NCBI GenBank assembly: GCA_024280855.1
Contig: JAJRPG010000033.1
Coordinates: forward strand, 16,556 to 80,555
Direction: 5' to 3'
DNA length: 64,000 nucleotides
From: Planctomycetota bacterium
Lineage (GTDB): Bacteria; Planctomycetota; Phycisphaerae; UBA1845
The translations under genes were made by a program, and so were the position numbers. Every line of letters starts with the position of its first letter. Position 1 is the first letter of the stretch. The notes beneath the pieces are model-generated. The model ran no database searches. It was not told the DNA's origin and saw only the letters and a list, made by a program, of their open reading frames with translations. Positions 1 through 8,296 of this stretch are shown here, one piece after another.

Positions 1-424
1 AAATCTGCTCCAAGCGCATTGTACCCATACGAGAAATAAAATGCGAGTGTTAATTAGTTTTGTATATGGTGTAAGAAATTATTCTGTCATGTCTCAGAGT
101 TGGGACATTAAAGCTGGCCGAGGAAATTCAATTGATGACGCCTAATAACGAAGTCGCACTATAAAGTGTAAATTTAACTTGATAAGCATTCCCGTATTCT
201 CAATGCGGACATATAGCTCAAATGCAGAAAAAATGAACTTTTCACTTGAAATGTACGCTCTTGGACGTGTAATATGGGACGGGGATGTGTTTTGTTCCCG
301 GCTTGGAGCTTCTTATTGGAGGAGATTCCATTAGCGTCATTCTGTTATAATAATCGGGGCCGTTTGCGGTCTTTTGGGGTTTGATAGATGAGCTGTAATT
401 AGCTCAGAGATTAAGGAGAGGTCT

Positions 425-1393
425 ATGTCTGCGTTCAAGTTTATGGTGACGGCTTGTTTTGTCGGTTGTCTGACGGTTTCTACTTTTGGAGAGAGGGGTT
501 CGCTCGACGGTCGTGGTAAATCCGGTCGAGGAGCCGTGCAAACAATTGCGGTCAGCGATTGTGTTCATAATTGTCGCGCAGAAGCCGAAGCGGCTTTTCA
601 AACATGCATTGACAATGGTGGCTTGGAAGAAGAATGTATCGCGGCTGCACGCGATGCCGCAGAAGCTTGTGTCATAGCCAATTGTAATGAGCCACCAAAT
701 TGTGAAGCGCAGTGTCATGCTCTAGCCGGTCGCGTCTTCAATGATTGCATTGACGCTGGCAACGGCGAAGACATGTGTCGCGCGCAAGCGAGAGAAGCAC
801 TGGAAGCGTGCCTGATTAACCAGTGTGGCCAACAACCTAGCTGCGAAGATGAATGTCGTAGATTCGCTGGCGGTGCTTTCCAGGAATGCATCGATGCCGG
901 TGGCGCTGAGGATGTATGTCGCGCTGACGCTCATGTAGTACTCGAAACGTGCCTGATTCAAAACTGTGGCATGGCACCAACATGCGAGGAACATTGCAAA
1001 GAAGGTGCAGAGCAAGCATTCCGCCAGTGTGTGGCTGATGGCGGCACAGTAGATGAGTGTGCGGTTGCTGCCCGTACTGCCTTGGAAGCATGCCTAGCGG
1101 ACCAATGCGGTGTTATGCCAAATTGCGAACTACGTTGTGGAGAGCAGGCCGAGCAAGCTTATCGTGTGTGCATTGATAATGGTGGTAGCCATGATGCCTG
1201 TGCCGCGGTCGCGCGTACACTGCTGGAAAACTGCTTAGTCAACCAATGCAACCAACAGATTGATTGTCCGTTGGAATGTGCGAAGGAAGCTGAGCGAACG
1301 TATTATGATTGCATCACTAATGGTGGAGCGCACGATGTTTGCCTGATGGAAGCACGAACGGCTATTGAATCGTGTTTAGCTGCGTGTCCATAA
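425..1393 (+). CDS. Secreted cysteine-rich repeat protein (six tandem 47-aa units with 6 Cys each); no family recognised
   Basis: 322-aa ORF with AAGGAG at 413-418, 6 nt before the ATG. The N-terminus MSAFKFMVTACFVGCLTVSTFG looks like a signal peptide. Residues 45-322 are six units that keep the spacing C-x3-C-x10-C-x9-C-x10-C-x4-C. A hairpin terminator follows. Confidence 0.8.
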   Translation: MSAFKFMVTACFVGCLTVSTFGERGSLDGRGKSGRGAVQTIAVSDCVHNCRAEAEAAFQTCIDNGGLEEECIAAARDAAEACVIANCNEPPNCEAQCHALAGRVFNDCIDAGNGEDMCRAQAREALEACLINQCGQQPSCEDECRRFAGGAFQECIDAGGAEDVCRADAHVVLETCLIQNCGMAPTCEEHCKEGAEQAFRQCVADGGTVDECAVAARTALEACLADQCGVMPNCELRCGEQAEQAYRVCIDNGGSHDACAAVARTLLENCLVNQCNQQIDCPLECAKEAERTYYDCITNGGAHDVCLMEARTAIESCLAACP

Positions 1394-1449
1394 ATAATTG
1401 AGCAGCGTCCTTGATGGGCGAAAGTGTTTGAAAATAGCCTGGTTCTTGA

Positions 1450-1484
1450 GCGCCCGCTACTTTGGTAGCGGGCGCTTACTTCTT
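1450..1484 (+). terminator. Rho-independent terminator candidate
   Basis: The stem is gcgcccgctac (1450-1460) paired with gtagcgggcgc (1465-1475), with loop tttg. A T-rich tail ttacttctt follows. Confidence 0.6.
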
Positions 1485-1507
1485 AGATAGCTCAAAGAAA
1501 TAGCAAC

Positions 1508-2533
1508 ATGCAGACTCAAAGAAATTTGAACAACTATAATCAAAGATGTGTGCTTGGTAGCTACTTGTTCTCGACTGTGCGACGTCTATTGATGATGGTA
1601 ATGTTTGTGTCGTTCGGGTCTTCGCAAGCATTCGCGGGGACACTTTTTTGGGCACAGCTTGTTGGCGATGAACTGCATCGAGCGAGTACCAGTGGTAGTC
1701 AAGCGCAGTTGCTATTGGAATGGCCTCAGATGGATACGCCGGTAGCTATTGCGATTAATGAATCTGCTGGTTTGGTCTATTGGGCGCAGGCGTCGGGTGA
1801 TCGTATCTCGCGTACCCAGGCTTCCGGGGCAACGGTGGAGATGCTATTGGAGTGGCCCGTCGTGCAAGGCGCTGTGGCGTTAACGGTTGATGAGTCGGGC
1901 GGGAATCTTTTTTGGGCACAGACAGTTGGCGATCGAATATACCGGGCGAATCTCGACGGCACAAACTCTTCTATGATTTTAGAATGGCCCTTGCTCGATA
2001 ACCCGACCGCGCTGGCGGTGGATTCTGTCGGCGGAAAAATCTATTGGACTCAGACGTTTGGCGATCGGATTTATCGCGCGGACCTCGACGGCACTAACTC
2101 GGAAATGCTGCTGGAATGGCCTGTGCTGGACGACCCCGTTGCGATAGCTATTGATCCTGTTGCAGGGAAGTTATATTGGGCGCAGCAAGTCGGCGACCGC
2201 ATTCTTCGTGCAGACTTAAATGGTGCCAATGTCGAGACACTATTGGAATGGCCCGTGGTAGATGGTCTGGTTGGTTTAGCCGTTGATAGCCAGGGTGGGG
2301 CAATATACTGGGCGCAGTCAATTGGTGATCGCATCAAACGAGCCGACCTTAACGGTAATAACGTAACAACAGTTCTCGAATGGCCTCAATTGAATACGCC
2401 GGTCGCGCTAGCCGTTTCATCTAGCAATCAAGTTGCACCCGCTGTTTCTGCGTGGGGGCTTGTTGTAGCTACGCTTTGCGTGCTTATTGCGGGTACGGTT
2501 TTGATTCGCCGGGCATTTCCATACGAACACTGA
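1508..2533 (+). CDS. Six-bladed YWTD (LDL-receptor class B)-like beta-propeller with a C-terminal IPTL-CTERM-like membrane anchor
   Basis: Six ~43-aa repeats of the form (Y/F)W(A/T)Q..GDRI.RA.L.G.N...LLEWP....P.A(L/I)A(V/I)D. The N-terminal hydrophobic leader ends in SSQAFA. The tail is APAVSAWGLVVATLCVLIAGTVLIRR. Confidence 0.75.
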   Translation: MQTQRNLNNYNQRCVLGSYLFSTVRRLLMMVMFVSFGSSQAFAGTLFWAQLVGDELHRASTSGSQAQLLLEWPQMDTPVAIAINESAGLVYWAQASGDRISRTQASGATVEMLLEWPVVQGAVALTVDESGGNLFWAQTVGDRIYRANLDGTNSSMILEWPLLDNPTALAVDSVGGKIYWTQTFGDRIYRADLDGTNSEMLLEWPVLDDPVAIAIDPVAGKLYWAQQVGDRILRADLNGANVETLLEWPVVDGLVGLAVDSQGGAIYWAQSIGDRIKRADLNGNNVTTVLEWPQLNTPVALAVSSSNQVAPAVSAWGLVVATLCVLIAGTVLIRRAFPYEH

Positions 2534-2578
2534 TCCTACTTTGCTTCACAAACAAATCCGCCATAAAACTTACTGCCA

Positions 2579-3217
2579 GTGATCGATGTGGTTCAGGTGG
2601 TTGGTTTTCTGATGACGGTTCAGCAAGATAGCGATACAGGTAACGTCGAATGTGCGGCGCTAGAATCGTGCCCGCAGTGCGATTATAGCCTGCGCGGATT
2701 ACCAGCCAATCATAACTGCCCGGAATGTGGATTGGCTTATGACGAATACTCTGCTATTTGGCGGCAACGGCCTCGTAAACGAGAGTTGGTTTTCACAATT
2801 ATAATTACGCTGAGTATGACTTATATGCTGTTTCAGTCGGCAAGATTTCTACCTGAATTCTTACAGGTACTATTTTTTATAGTCGTTTTGTTGGTGCTAA
2901 TCTCCCAGACTATATGGTTTTGGTCGCTCTGCCGTGACGGACGATTTGTGGCGATCATGCCGCATGGGATGATATTGCGCATCGATCAGAAAAATATAAC
3001 ATGTTTATCCTGGAGTGACATCACGGACGCTTTCGTAACTCCTCTGTCACCGGGTGCAATCATAACCCTGAAGACAGGCAAAAATATTGGTATAAGTCAT
3101 ATATTTTCTACGCTGGCAGAATCAAAAGCGTTTGTTATGTGTGCCGAAGCGCAACGGGCCCGCCATGGGAAGCGGAGCGGCTGCATGCCTGAACCTCGTT
3201 ACGGAAGCCAAGTATAA
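2579..3217 (+). CDS. Membrane protein with an N-terminal zinc ribbon (CPQC...CPEC), two TM helices and a PH-like C-terminal module
   Basis: 212-aa ORF from a GTG; an alternative ATG at 2612 has an AGGTGG upstream. Motif CPQCDYSLRGLPANHNCPECGLAY is followed by two hydrophobic helices and then GRFVAIMPHGMILRIDQKNITCLSWSDITDAFV. The domain call rests on pattern only. Confidence 0.55.
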   Translation: MIDVVQVVGFLMTVQQDSDTGNVECAALESCPQCDYSLRGLPANHNCPECGLAYDEYSAIWRQRPRKRELVFTIIITLSMTYMLFQSARFLPEFLQVLFFIVVLLVLISQTIWFWSLCRDGRFVAIMPHGMILRIDQKNITCLSWSDITDAFVTPLSPGAIITLKTGKNIGISHIFSTLAESKAFVMCAEAQRARHGKRSGCMPEPRYGSQV

Positions 3218-3381
3218 TAAGCCCCGTCGTTATTATACTTTTGGCATGAAAAGTATAATAGCGGCTGCTTGACGGGCAAGATTCAATTCGCCCCAATTCG
3301 AATGTCTAACCTCTTGATTATAGGGCGGACCACAACATATGGGGGGTATCGATACTATCCTGTCAACATCTAGCCCAATAC

Positions 3382-4620
3382 TCACTCTAGCGGGTTAATG
3401 GCTAAACCCGTGGCTAATTTTGGGTGGAAGTAGGTGCTTTTTTGTGGCATGAGGCCTCCGGCGTCGCTGACGGCTTGAAGGTGCGTCAGAGGGGTTGCGT
3501 TTACCAAAAGAGCCACGCCGGATTCGTCACTGGCGATGCGCTCGGCTTGGCCCTCAGATTTTGCGTAGCGCACCTTTGGCTCTGCGCCGAGAGCGTTTTG
3601 GAGTAAGTCGTCGATTAAATAGCGATGCAAATACGCGGCGTCCAGGTCATACCAAGGCTCAACCTGGTCCGGTTCTAGCTTACGCAGGGCCGCTCGATTC
3701 GTGAACTTTACAGCTACCTCTTTTCCACCGCCGTCGCGCAAGACTACATCAGCTTCAGCTATTGAAGTGTTTTCGATGCCATCTTTCCAAGCTTCGAGCA
3801 GCTGCGCGAGGGTCACGTCGGCGAGGGCGCGATGATAAGGCAAAATCACGCAACCGGGATCATCCATACTAGCTAAGACGAACATGACATAGTTGGCTGG
3901 GTGGTCATCTGGCAGCGAGCCACCTGCCTGCTGGCAGACCCCGTCTCGATAGCTCAGCGCAGTACCGTAGCTATGATGCCCATCGGCAATGTAGATTTTC
4001 TTTTCGGCTAATGATGACACGATGGTGTCAATGGTGCCCGTGTCAGTCACAATCCAAAATTGATTTAGCACATGGTTCATCGTCGCAGTAGCTTGAGGCG
4101 GTTGACTGACGGTTTGCGCGAGTGCTTGATGGACGAGATTTTCCGCGTCAGCGTATAAGCCAAAAATCGGCGATAGCTGACACTTGGTGGATTGCATCAG
4201 GGCTAATCGATCTTCTTTAGGACCGCCAAAGGTGCGCTCGTGGGGAATAACTACACCATCAGAAAAGTCATGCAATCGAACACGGGCGATGATTTTTTTT
4301 CGGGTGAAGGTCTTTCCTTCATGCTCGAAAGTTTGGTGATAAACGTAAATAGCCGGCGAATCTTCGCGAACTAATGTGCCATCGCCGAGCCAATCCGACA
4401 GCAACTCGGCGCTGTGGGCGTAGGCCTGGTCTGGACCTTTGGATTTCGGCGGAATATGAGGCAAGTCGATGGCGACGATGTTATGGTCGCTGTGGGAGAG
4501 GAGCGCATCCTTATCGACCTGATCGAGTACGTCGTATGGCGGGGCGAGTACGGCTGAGAAATCGCCCCCCAGTTTATTGTGATCGAATCGAATAGCCTTA
4601 AACGGCGTCACTTTTGGCAT
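3382..4620 (-). CDS. DUF1015 family protein
   Basis: MPKVTPFKAIRFD...LAPPYDVL matches the DUF1015 N-terminal signature. I start the gene at the internal ATG (4618-4620) because a GGAG sits about 7 nt upstream. The ORF track extends it to 4692. Confidence 0.7.
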   Translation of the reverse strand: MPKVTPFKAIRFDHNKLGGDFSAVLAPPYDVLDQVDKDALLSHSDHNIVAIDLPHIPPKSKGPDQAYAHSAELLSDWLGDGTLVREDSPAIYVYHQTFEHEGKTFTRKKIIARVRLHDFSDGVVIPHERTFGGPKEDRLALMQSTKCQLSPIFGLYADAENLVHQALAQTVSQPPQATATMNHVLNQFWIVTDTGTIDTIVSSLAEKKIYIADGHHSYGTALSYRDGVCQQAGGSLPDDHPANYVMFVLASMDDPGCVILPYHRALADVTLAQLLEAWKDGIENTSIAEADVVLRDGGGKEVAVKFTNRAALRKLEPDQVEPWYDLDAAYLHRYLIDDLLQNALGAEPKVRYAKSEGQAERIASDESGVALLVNATPLTHLQAVSDAGGLMPQKSTYFHPKLATGLAINPLE

Positions 4621-4801
4621 CTGGTCGCTCCTTCGTAAATTAAGCTGTGAGTAAGCGTATCTTGCAGGCTCGGAGTGGGCAAGGTGTGTCAAAAATGGTG
4701 AGAATTTCTAGCCTTGCTTGGGGAAATTGACTCGCGCCAACTGTAAGGATTGGTCGATGTACTGGATTGGGTGATGAGTAGTTTGAGGCGAAATGATATG
4801 C

Positions 4802-4829
4802 CGTCATTCTCGCCTGCGCGGGAATGACG
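4802..4829. repeat. GC-rich palindromic unit, family C (GTCATTCyCGCCTGCGCGGGAATGAC)
   Basis: cgtcattctcgcctgcgcgggaatgacg has an 8-bp stem. Related copies lie at 22513-22539 and 45598-45624. Confidence 0.75.
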
Positions 4830-4852
4830 ATAAAGTTTGAAAGGGAGACACT

Positions 4853-5560
4853 ATGTCAACCGCTGTTGTTATGACTGGGGGCGGCGTGAAGGCGGCTGTG
4901 ACGGCTGCACGTTTTGCTGTCGATCATGATCTCATCCTGCTACATATAGATTATGGCCAACGGAGTTCAAAGGCGGAGCTTGAGGCTGTCCATGCTTTGT
5001 CCACCGTTTTTGAATCCGCCCAGATTATTGCACTGGATATGCCCCACGCCGCGCAGCTTCAACAGCAGCTTGCCAGCGAAGGCGGGGACGGGGCCAGAGA
5101 TTTTTCGTCTGGCGTAGTCCACGGAGGTGTGCTTTCGGAGAGTACGTTGCGAGGCTTATTCCCGGTTCTGTTGTCTACAGGGCTGCAGTGTGCGACCCGG
5201 GTCGGCGCAGCCGTTCTAGCTGTGGGGGCTTCTCGCTTGGCGGATTCGTCGCATGTGGGTTGGCCTTTGGGCGCTGGGCATCCAGACTATCAGCGAGAGA
5301 CGCTCCACGCTTTTGGCATCATGGCTGAGGCGATGTTTGGGAAAGCTTCAACGCCAAAAATTGAAGCGCCTCTTCTGGACGTAGCCTACGAAGAAATTTT
5401 CAAGCTGGCTTCAAATCTGAAAGTGCCTTTGGACCGCACATGGAGTTGTGAAAGGCCTGGCCCTAGGGCATGTGGCCAATGTTCGCGTTGTAAACTGCGA
5501 CTTGAAGCGCTGGCATCGGCTGGGATTCCAGACGGCTCACTTTCTGGCGCATCGGGATAG
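4853..5560 (+). CDS. QueC-like protein (7-cyano-7-deazaguanine synthase family) with a degenerate PP-loop
   Basis: The motif IDYGQRS corresponds to FDYGQRH in QueC. The C-terminal Zn cluster is WSCERPGPRACGQCSRC. The N-terminal nucleotide loop reads TGGGVKA instead of SGGxDS. Confidence 0.55.
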   Translation: MSTAVVMTGGGVKAAVTAARFAVDHDLILLHIDYGQRSSKAELEAVHALSTVFESAQIIALDMPHAAQLQQQLASEGGDGARDFSSGVVHGGVLSESTLRGLFPVLLSTGLQCATRVGAAVLAVGASRLADSSHVGWPLGAGHPDYQRETLHAFGIMAEAMFGKASTPKIEAPLLDVAYEEIFKLASNLKVPLDRTWSCERPGPRACGQCSRCKLRLEALASAGIPDGSLSGASG

Positions 5561-5676
5561 GCTGGACGACACTAGGCCGCTTTGACGATACAGGCTAGGT
5601 CACTTTTTGCTTGTAAATTAGCTGATTGTGCGATTAAACTTGACATCTTTACCTGATTTGTGGGAGTCTGTAGGGG

Positions 5677-6234
5677 ATGACTGGGAAGAATATCGACAAC
5701 GAATTGCAGCAAGAGCTAGCCACGCTGGTGGAGACTAAGTTCCCTGGTATGTCGGTGGAGGTTGGCCATAGTGCGCGTTGGGACCGTCCGTGCGTTACTT
5801 TCACGTGGGATGGCTTCGCCGATTTATTGCCGGAAGAACGATATCATCGCTTGGCGACAGTTATTCCAGAGCGCGTTCGAGACGAGCGTCTCAAGGGGTT
5901 TGTGTGGCTGGAGTTGGCAGCTGGTGAGTCGATAGACGATTTTCTCAAGCAGCCTCGCAGCGAGGATGTAGCCTCCAAGCAGCGTGAAATTTATCGCAAG
6001 CTGATTGATTCAGGCTTTTTCGATGCGCTAAGCAAAGCGGCTGGGCCTTCTCCAGATACGTCTTGTCGTGGTGATTTTCGGGTGGCGAATACGACGTTTG
6101 TCAGTAAGAAATTTAGTGCCAAAGCTGCCCGCGATGCCAAGCTCGCATTTATACTTCACGGCGTCTATTGCGACTGCCAAATACTACTCACGGCTCATAC
6201 GGCGCTGGCGGAAGCGAATGTCGGCGCGGCGTAA
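5677..6234 (+). CDS. Hypothetical protein
   Basis: 185-aa ORF in an ordinary coding context. I recognised no motif with confidence. Confidence 0.5.
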   Translation: MTGKNIDNELQQELATLVETKFPGMSVEVGHSARWDRPCVTFTWDGFADLLPEERYHRLATVIPERVRDERLKGFVWLELAAGESIDDFLKQPRSEDVASKQREIYRKLIDSGFFDALSKAAGPSPDTSCRGDFRVANTTFVSKKFSAKAARDAKLAFILHGVYCDCQILLTAHTALAEANVGAA

Positions 6235-6250
6235 CGCTGGTGGCAATCCG

Positions 6251-6416
6251 TCCGAGCACCCGGCGCGAGCCTGGTGGCAATCTTAATCTGTGTACCGCGT
6301 CACGGCTTGGTGACATAAGCAAACCAATACGCCATACAGAAAATTACTGACAATCAAACATATATGATGCCATTATGCACAAGACTTGCCCGCAGGCTCG
6401 CGCCGTGCGGCTCTGA
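6251..6416 (+). repeat. MITE-like element, family B (long-core copy)
   Basis: Termini tccgagcacccggcgcgagcctggtggca ... ttgcccgcaggctcgcgccgtgcggctctga match the other family B copies. The core is about 105 bp and AT-rich. Confidence 0.8.
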
Positions 6417-6420
6417 TTGA

Positions 6421-6458
6421 AGACACGGGTAAGCTGGGGCTTGCCCTAGCCACCCTGG
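6421..6458. repeat. GC-rich structured unit, family E
   Basis: agacacgggtaagctggggcttgccctagccaccctgg is the reverse complement of a close relative at 28112-28150. Confidence 0.7.
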
Positions 6459-6527
6459 ATACAGATTGATACCGGATAATATCGTAATGCCCTAGTCACG
6501 AATCTGTTGCGACTCTATTATCCGCCT

Positions 6528-7649
6528 ATGTTTCCGTTTGAAGTGACAGATCGTGATGGCTTGGCGCGTCGTGGGCAGCTCACTACGCCGCATGGCGTTG
6601 TTGATACGCCGGTGTTCATGCCGGTGGGCACGCGGGCGTCGGTTAAAGGTGTTACGCCGGATCAGCTACATGCGACGGGGGCACAAATGATCCTGGCGAA
6701 TACTTATCATTTACAGCTTCGGCCGACTGCGGAAGTGGTGGCTGAGCTTGGCGGCTTGCATAAGTTCATGAGTTGGGATGGACCGATCCTTACCGATAGC
6801 GGCGGGTTTCAGGTTTTTTCACTTACGCAGCTGAACAAGGTGACAGACGAAGGTGTGTCGTTTCGGTCCACAATAGACGGGGCGATGGTCTGGCTTGATG
6901 CGCCGACAGCTATTGATATTCAAAACAAACTCGGCGCGGATGTGATTATGGTTTTCGACGAGTGCCCGCCGTTGCCCTCAGAACGCGCGACGCTGGAGCG
7001 GGCTGTCGATCGCTCGATTCGCTGGGCGGGGCAATGCAAGCAGGCTCATCAACGCGAGGATCAGGCGCTGTTTGCTATCGTCCAAGGCGGGCTTGATATT
7101 GATCTGCGGCAGCGATGTGCGGAGGCGTTGGTTGAAATCGGTTTTGATGGCTATGCGATTGGCGGGTTGTCTGTTGGTGAGTCGCACGAGGAGATGGTGG
7201 CGACCATTGGCCCAACGACACAATGCCTGCCAACTGACCGGCCTCGCTATTTGATGGGGGTTGGAACGCCGCGAGACATCTTAGCGGCGGTGCAGGCTGG
7301 GGTGGATATGTTCGATTGCACGCTGCCGACGCGGAACGGGCGAAATAGCCAGGCGTTCACAGCTACGGGCTATTTGAAGATGCGAAATGAGCAGTATCGC
7401 ACGGATGACGCCCCGTTGGAGGCTGGGTGTGATTGCTATACTTGCCAACACTTTTCCCGGGCCTATATTCGTCACATGTTTAACGCCGGGGAGATGCTCG
7501 GGCCGACGCTGACGTCGATCCATAATCTGAGCTTTTTTCAACGGTTTATGCGGTGTGTGCGCGACCTCATCGGTAAAGGGTCGCTGGCAAGCATCGTAGA
7601 GGAGTTTCCGATCGCTGCGACTGGTAGCCATCGAGTTGAGGATTCGTAA
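6528..7649 (+). CDS. tgt: Queuine tRNA-ribosyltransferase
   Basis: Motifs RRGQLTTPHGVVDTPVFMPVGT, ILANTYHL, DSGGFQV and the Zn motif CDCYTCQHFSRAYIRH. I start at the ATG at 6528; the ORF track begins at a TTG at 6507. Confidence 0.95.
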   Translation: MFPFEVTDRDGLARRGQLTTPHGVVDTPVFMPVGTRASVKGVTPDQLHATGAQMILANTYHLQLRPTAEVVAELGGLHKFMSWDGPILTDSGGFQVFSLTQLNKVTDEGVSFRSTIDGAMVWLDAPTAIDIQNKLGADVIMVFDECPPLPSERATLERAVDRSIRWAGQCKQAHQREDQALFAIVQGGLDIDLRQRCAEALVEIGFDGYAIGGLSVGESHEEMVATIGPTTQCLPTDRPRYLMGVGTPRDILAAVQAGVDMFDCTLPTRNGRNSQAFTATGYLKMRNEQYRTDDAPLEAGCDCYTCQHFSRAYIRHMFNAGEMLGPTLTSIHNLSFFQRFMRCVRDLIGKGSLASIVEEFPIAATGSHRVEDS

Positions 7650-8017
7650 TGAAATACATGCTTTCGATTTTGGCTCAGGCAACAGGTAGTGCGCCAGCAG
7701 GTGGGACTGCAGGCGCTGCACAACAGTCTACGGCTGCGGCTTTTTTCCCCTTCGCGCTGATCTTGGCTATGTTTGCGTTTATTTTCATGACGTCTCGCAG
7801 TCAAAAGAAACGCGAAAAGAATGAGCGTGACACGATGTTTAACGCCATGACAAAAAACGATCGCGTGCTGACAGTCGGCGGTGTGATAGCTACGGTGATA
7901 TCTGTTAAGGATAACGAGGTTGTACTCAAGGTTGATGAGTCTACGAATACGAAGATGACATTTCTCAAGACATCTATTCAGCGTATTATTACGGATGAGA
8001 AGCCGATTGGCGCGTAG
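7649..8017 (+). CDS. yajC: Preprotein translocase subunit YajC
   Basis: One TM helix, then RSQKKREKNERDTMFNAMTKNDRVLTVGGVIATVISVKDNEVVLKVDE. The start overlaps the tgt stop (TAATG). The tgt-yajC adjacency is conserved. Confidence 0.85.
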   Translation: MKYMLSILAQATGSAPAGGTAGAAQQSTAAAFFPFALILAMFAFIFMTSRSQKKREKNERDTMFNAMTKNDRVLTVGGVIATVISVKDNEVVLKVDESTNTKMTFLKTSIQRIITDEKPIGA

Positions 8018-8042
8018 CGATTATTTCGGAATGAGCCGCGGG

Positions 8043-8166
8043 CTTAAGCCCGCGCGGAGTTACGAATTCCAATCGACGCCTAGCATTGATAATCACGTTC
8101 TGCGGTAATCAGTTAACCGAAAGTCAAAGTGTTTCGTGGGTCCGCGCGGGCTGAAGCCCGCGGCTC
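8043..8166. repeat. Inverted pair of family A REP hairpins
   Basis: gagccgcgggcttaagcccgcgcggagt (8043-8070) and its inverse ggtccgcgcgggctgaagcccgcggctc (8139-8166). Each unit is itself a 7-bp-stem hairpin. Confidence 0.85.
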
Positions 8167-8196
8167 GTTTTGGAATGAGGGGACATGCTAGCTCTT

Positions 8197-8296
8197 TCAG
8201 AGCACCTGGCGCGAGCCTGGTGGCAGTCTGGGACGAACGTCCGTGGCGCATGAATGTTGTAAGACATGCCCGCAGGCTTGCGCCGTGCGGCTCTGA
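8197..8296 (+). repeat. MITE-like element, family B
   Basis: tcagagcacctggcgcgagcctggtggca ... atgcccgcaggcttgcgccgtgcggctctga, 100 bp. It abuts the stop codon of the downstream minus-strand gene. Confidence 0.85.

Noticed and set aside
8043-8296. A possible CRISPR array, suggested by closely spaced GC-rich palindromic repeats here and at 14320-14636 and 32026-32189.
   Set aside because: There are only two or three units per locus. They are in inverted rather than direct orientation, mix different repeat families, have irregular spacing, and no cas genes are present.
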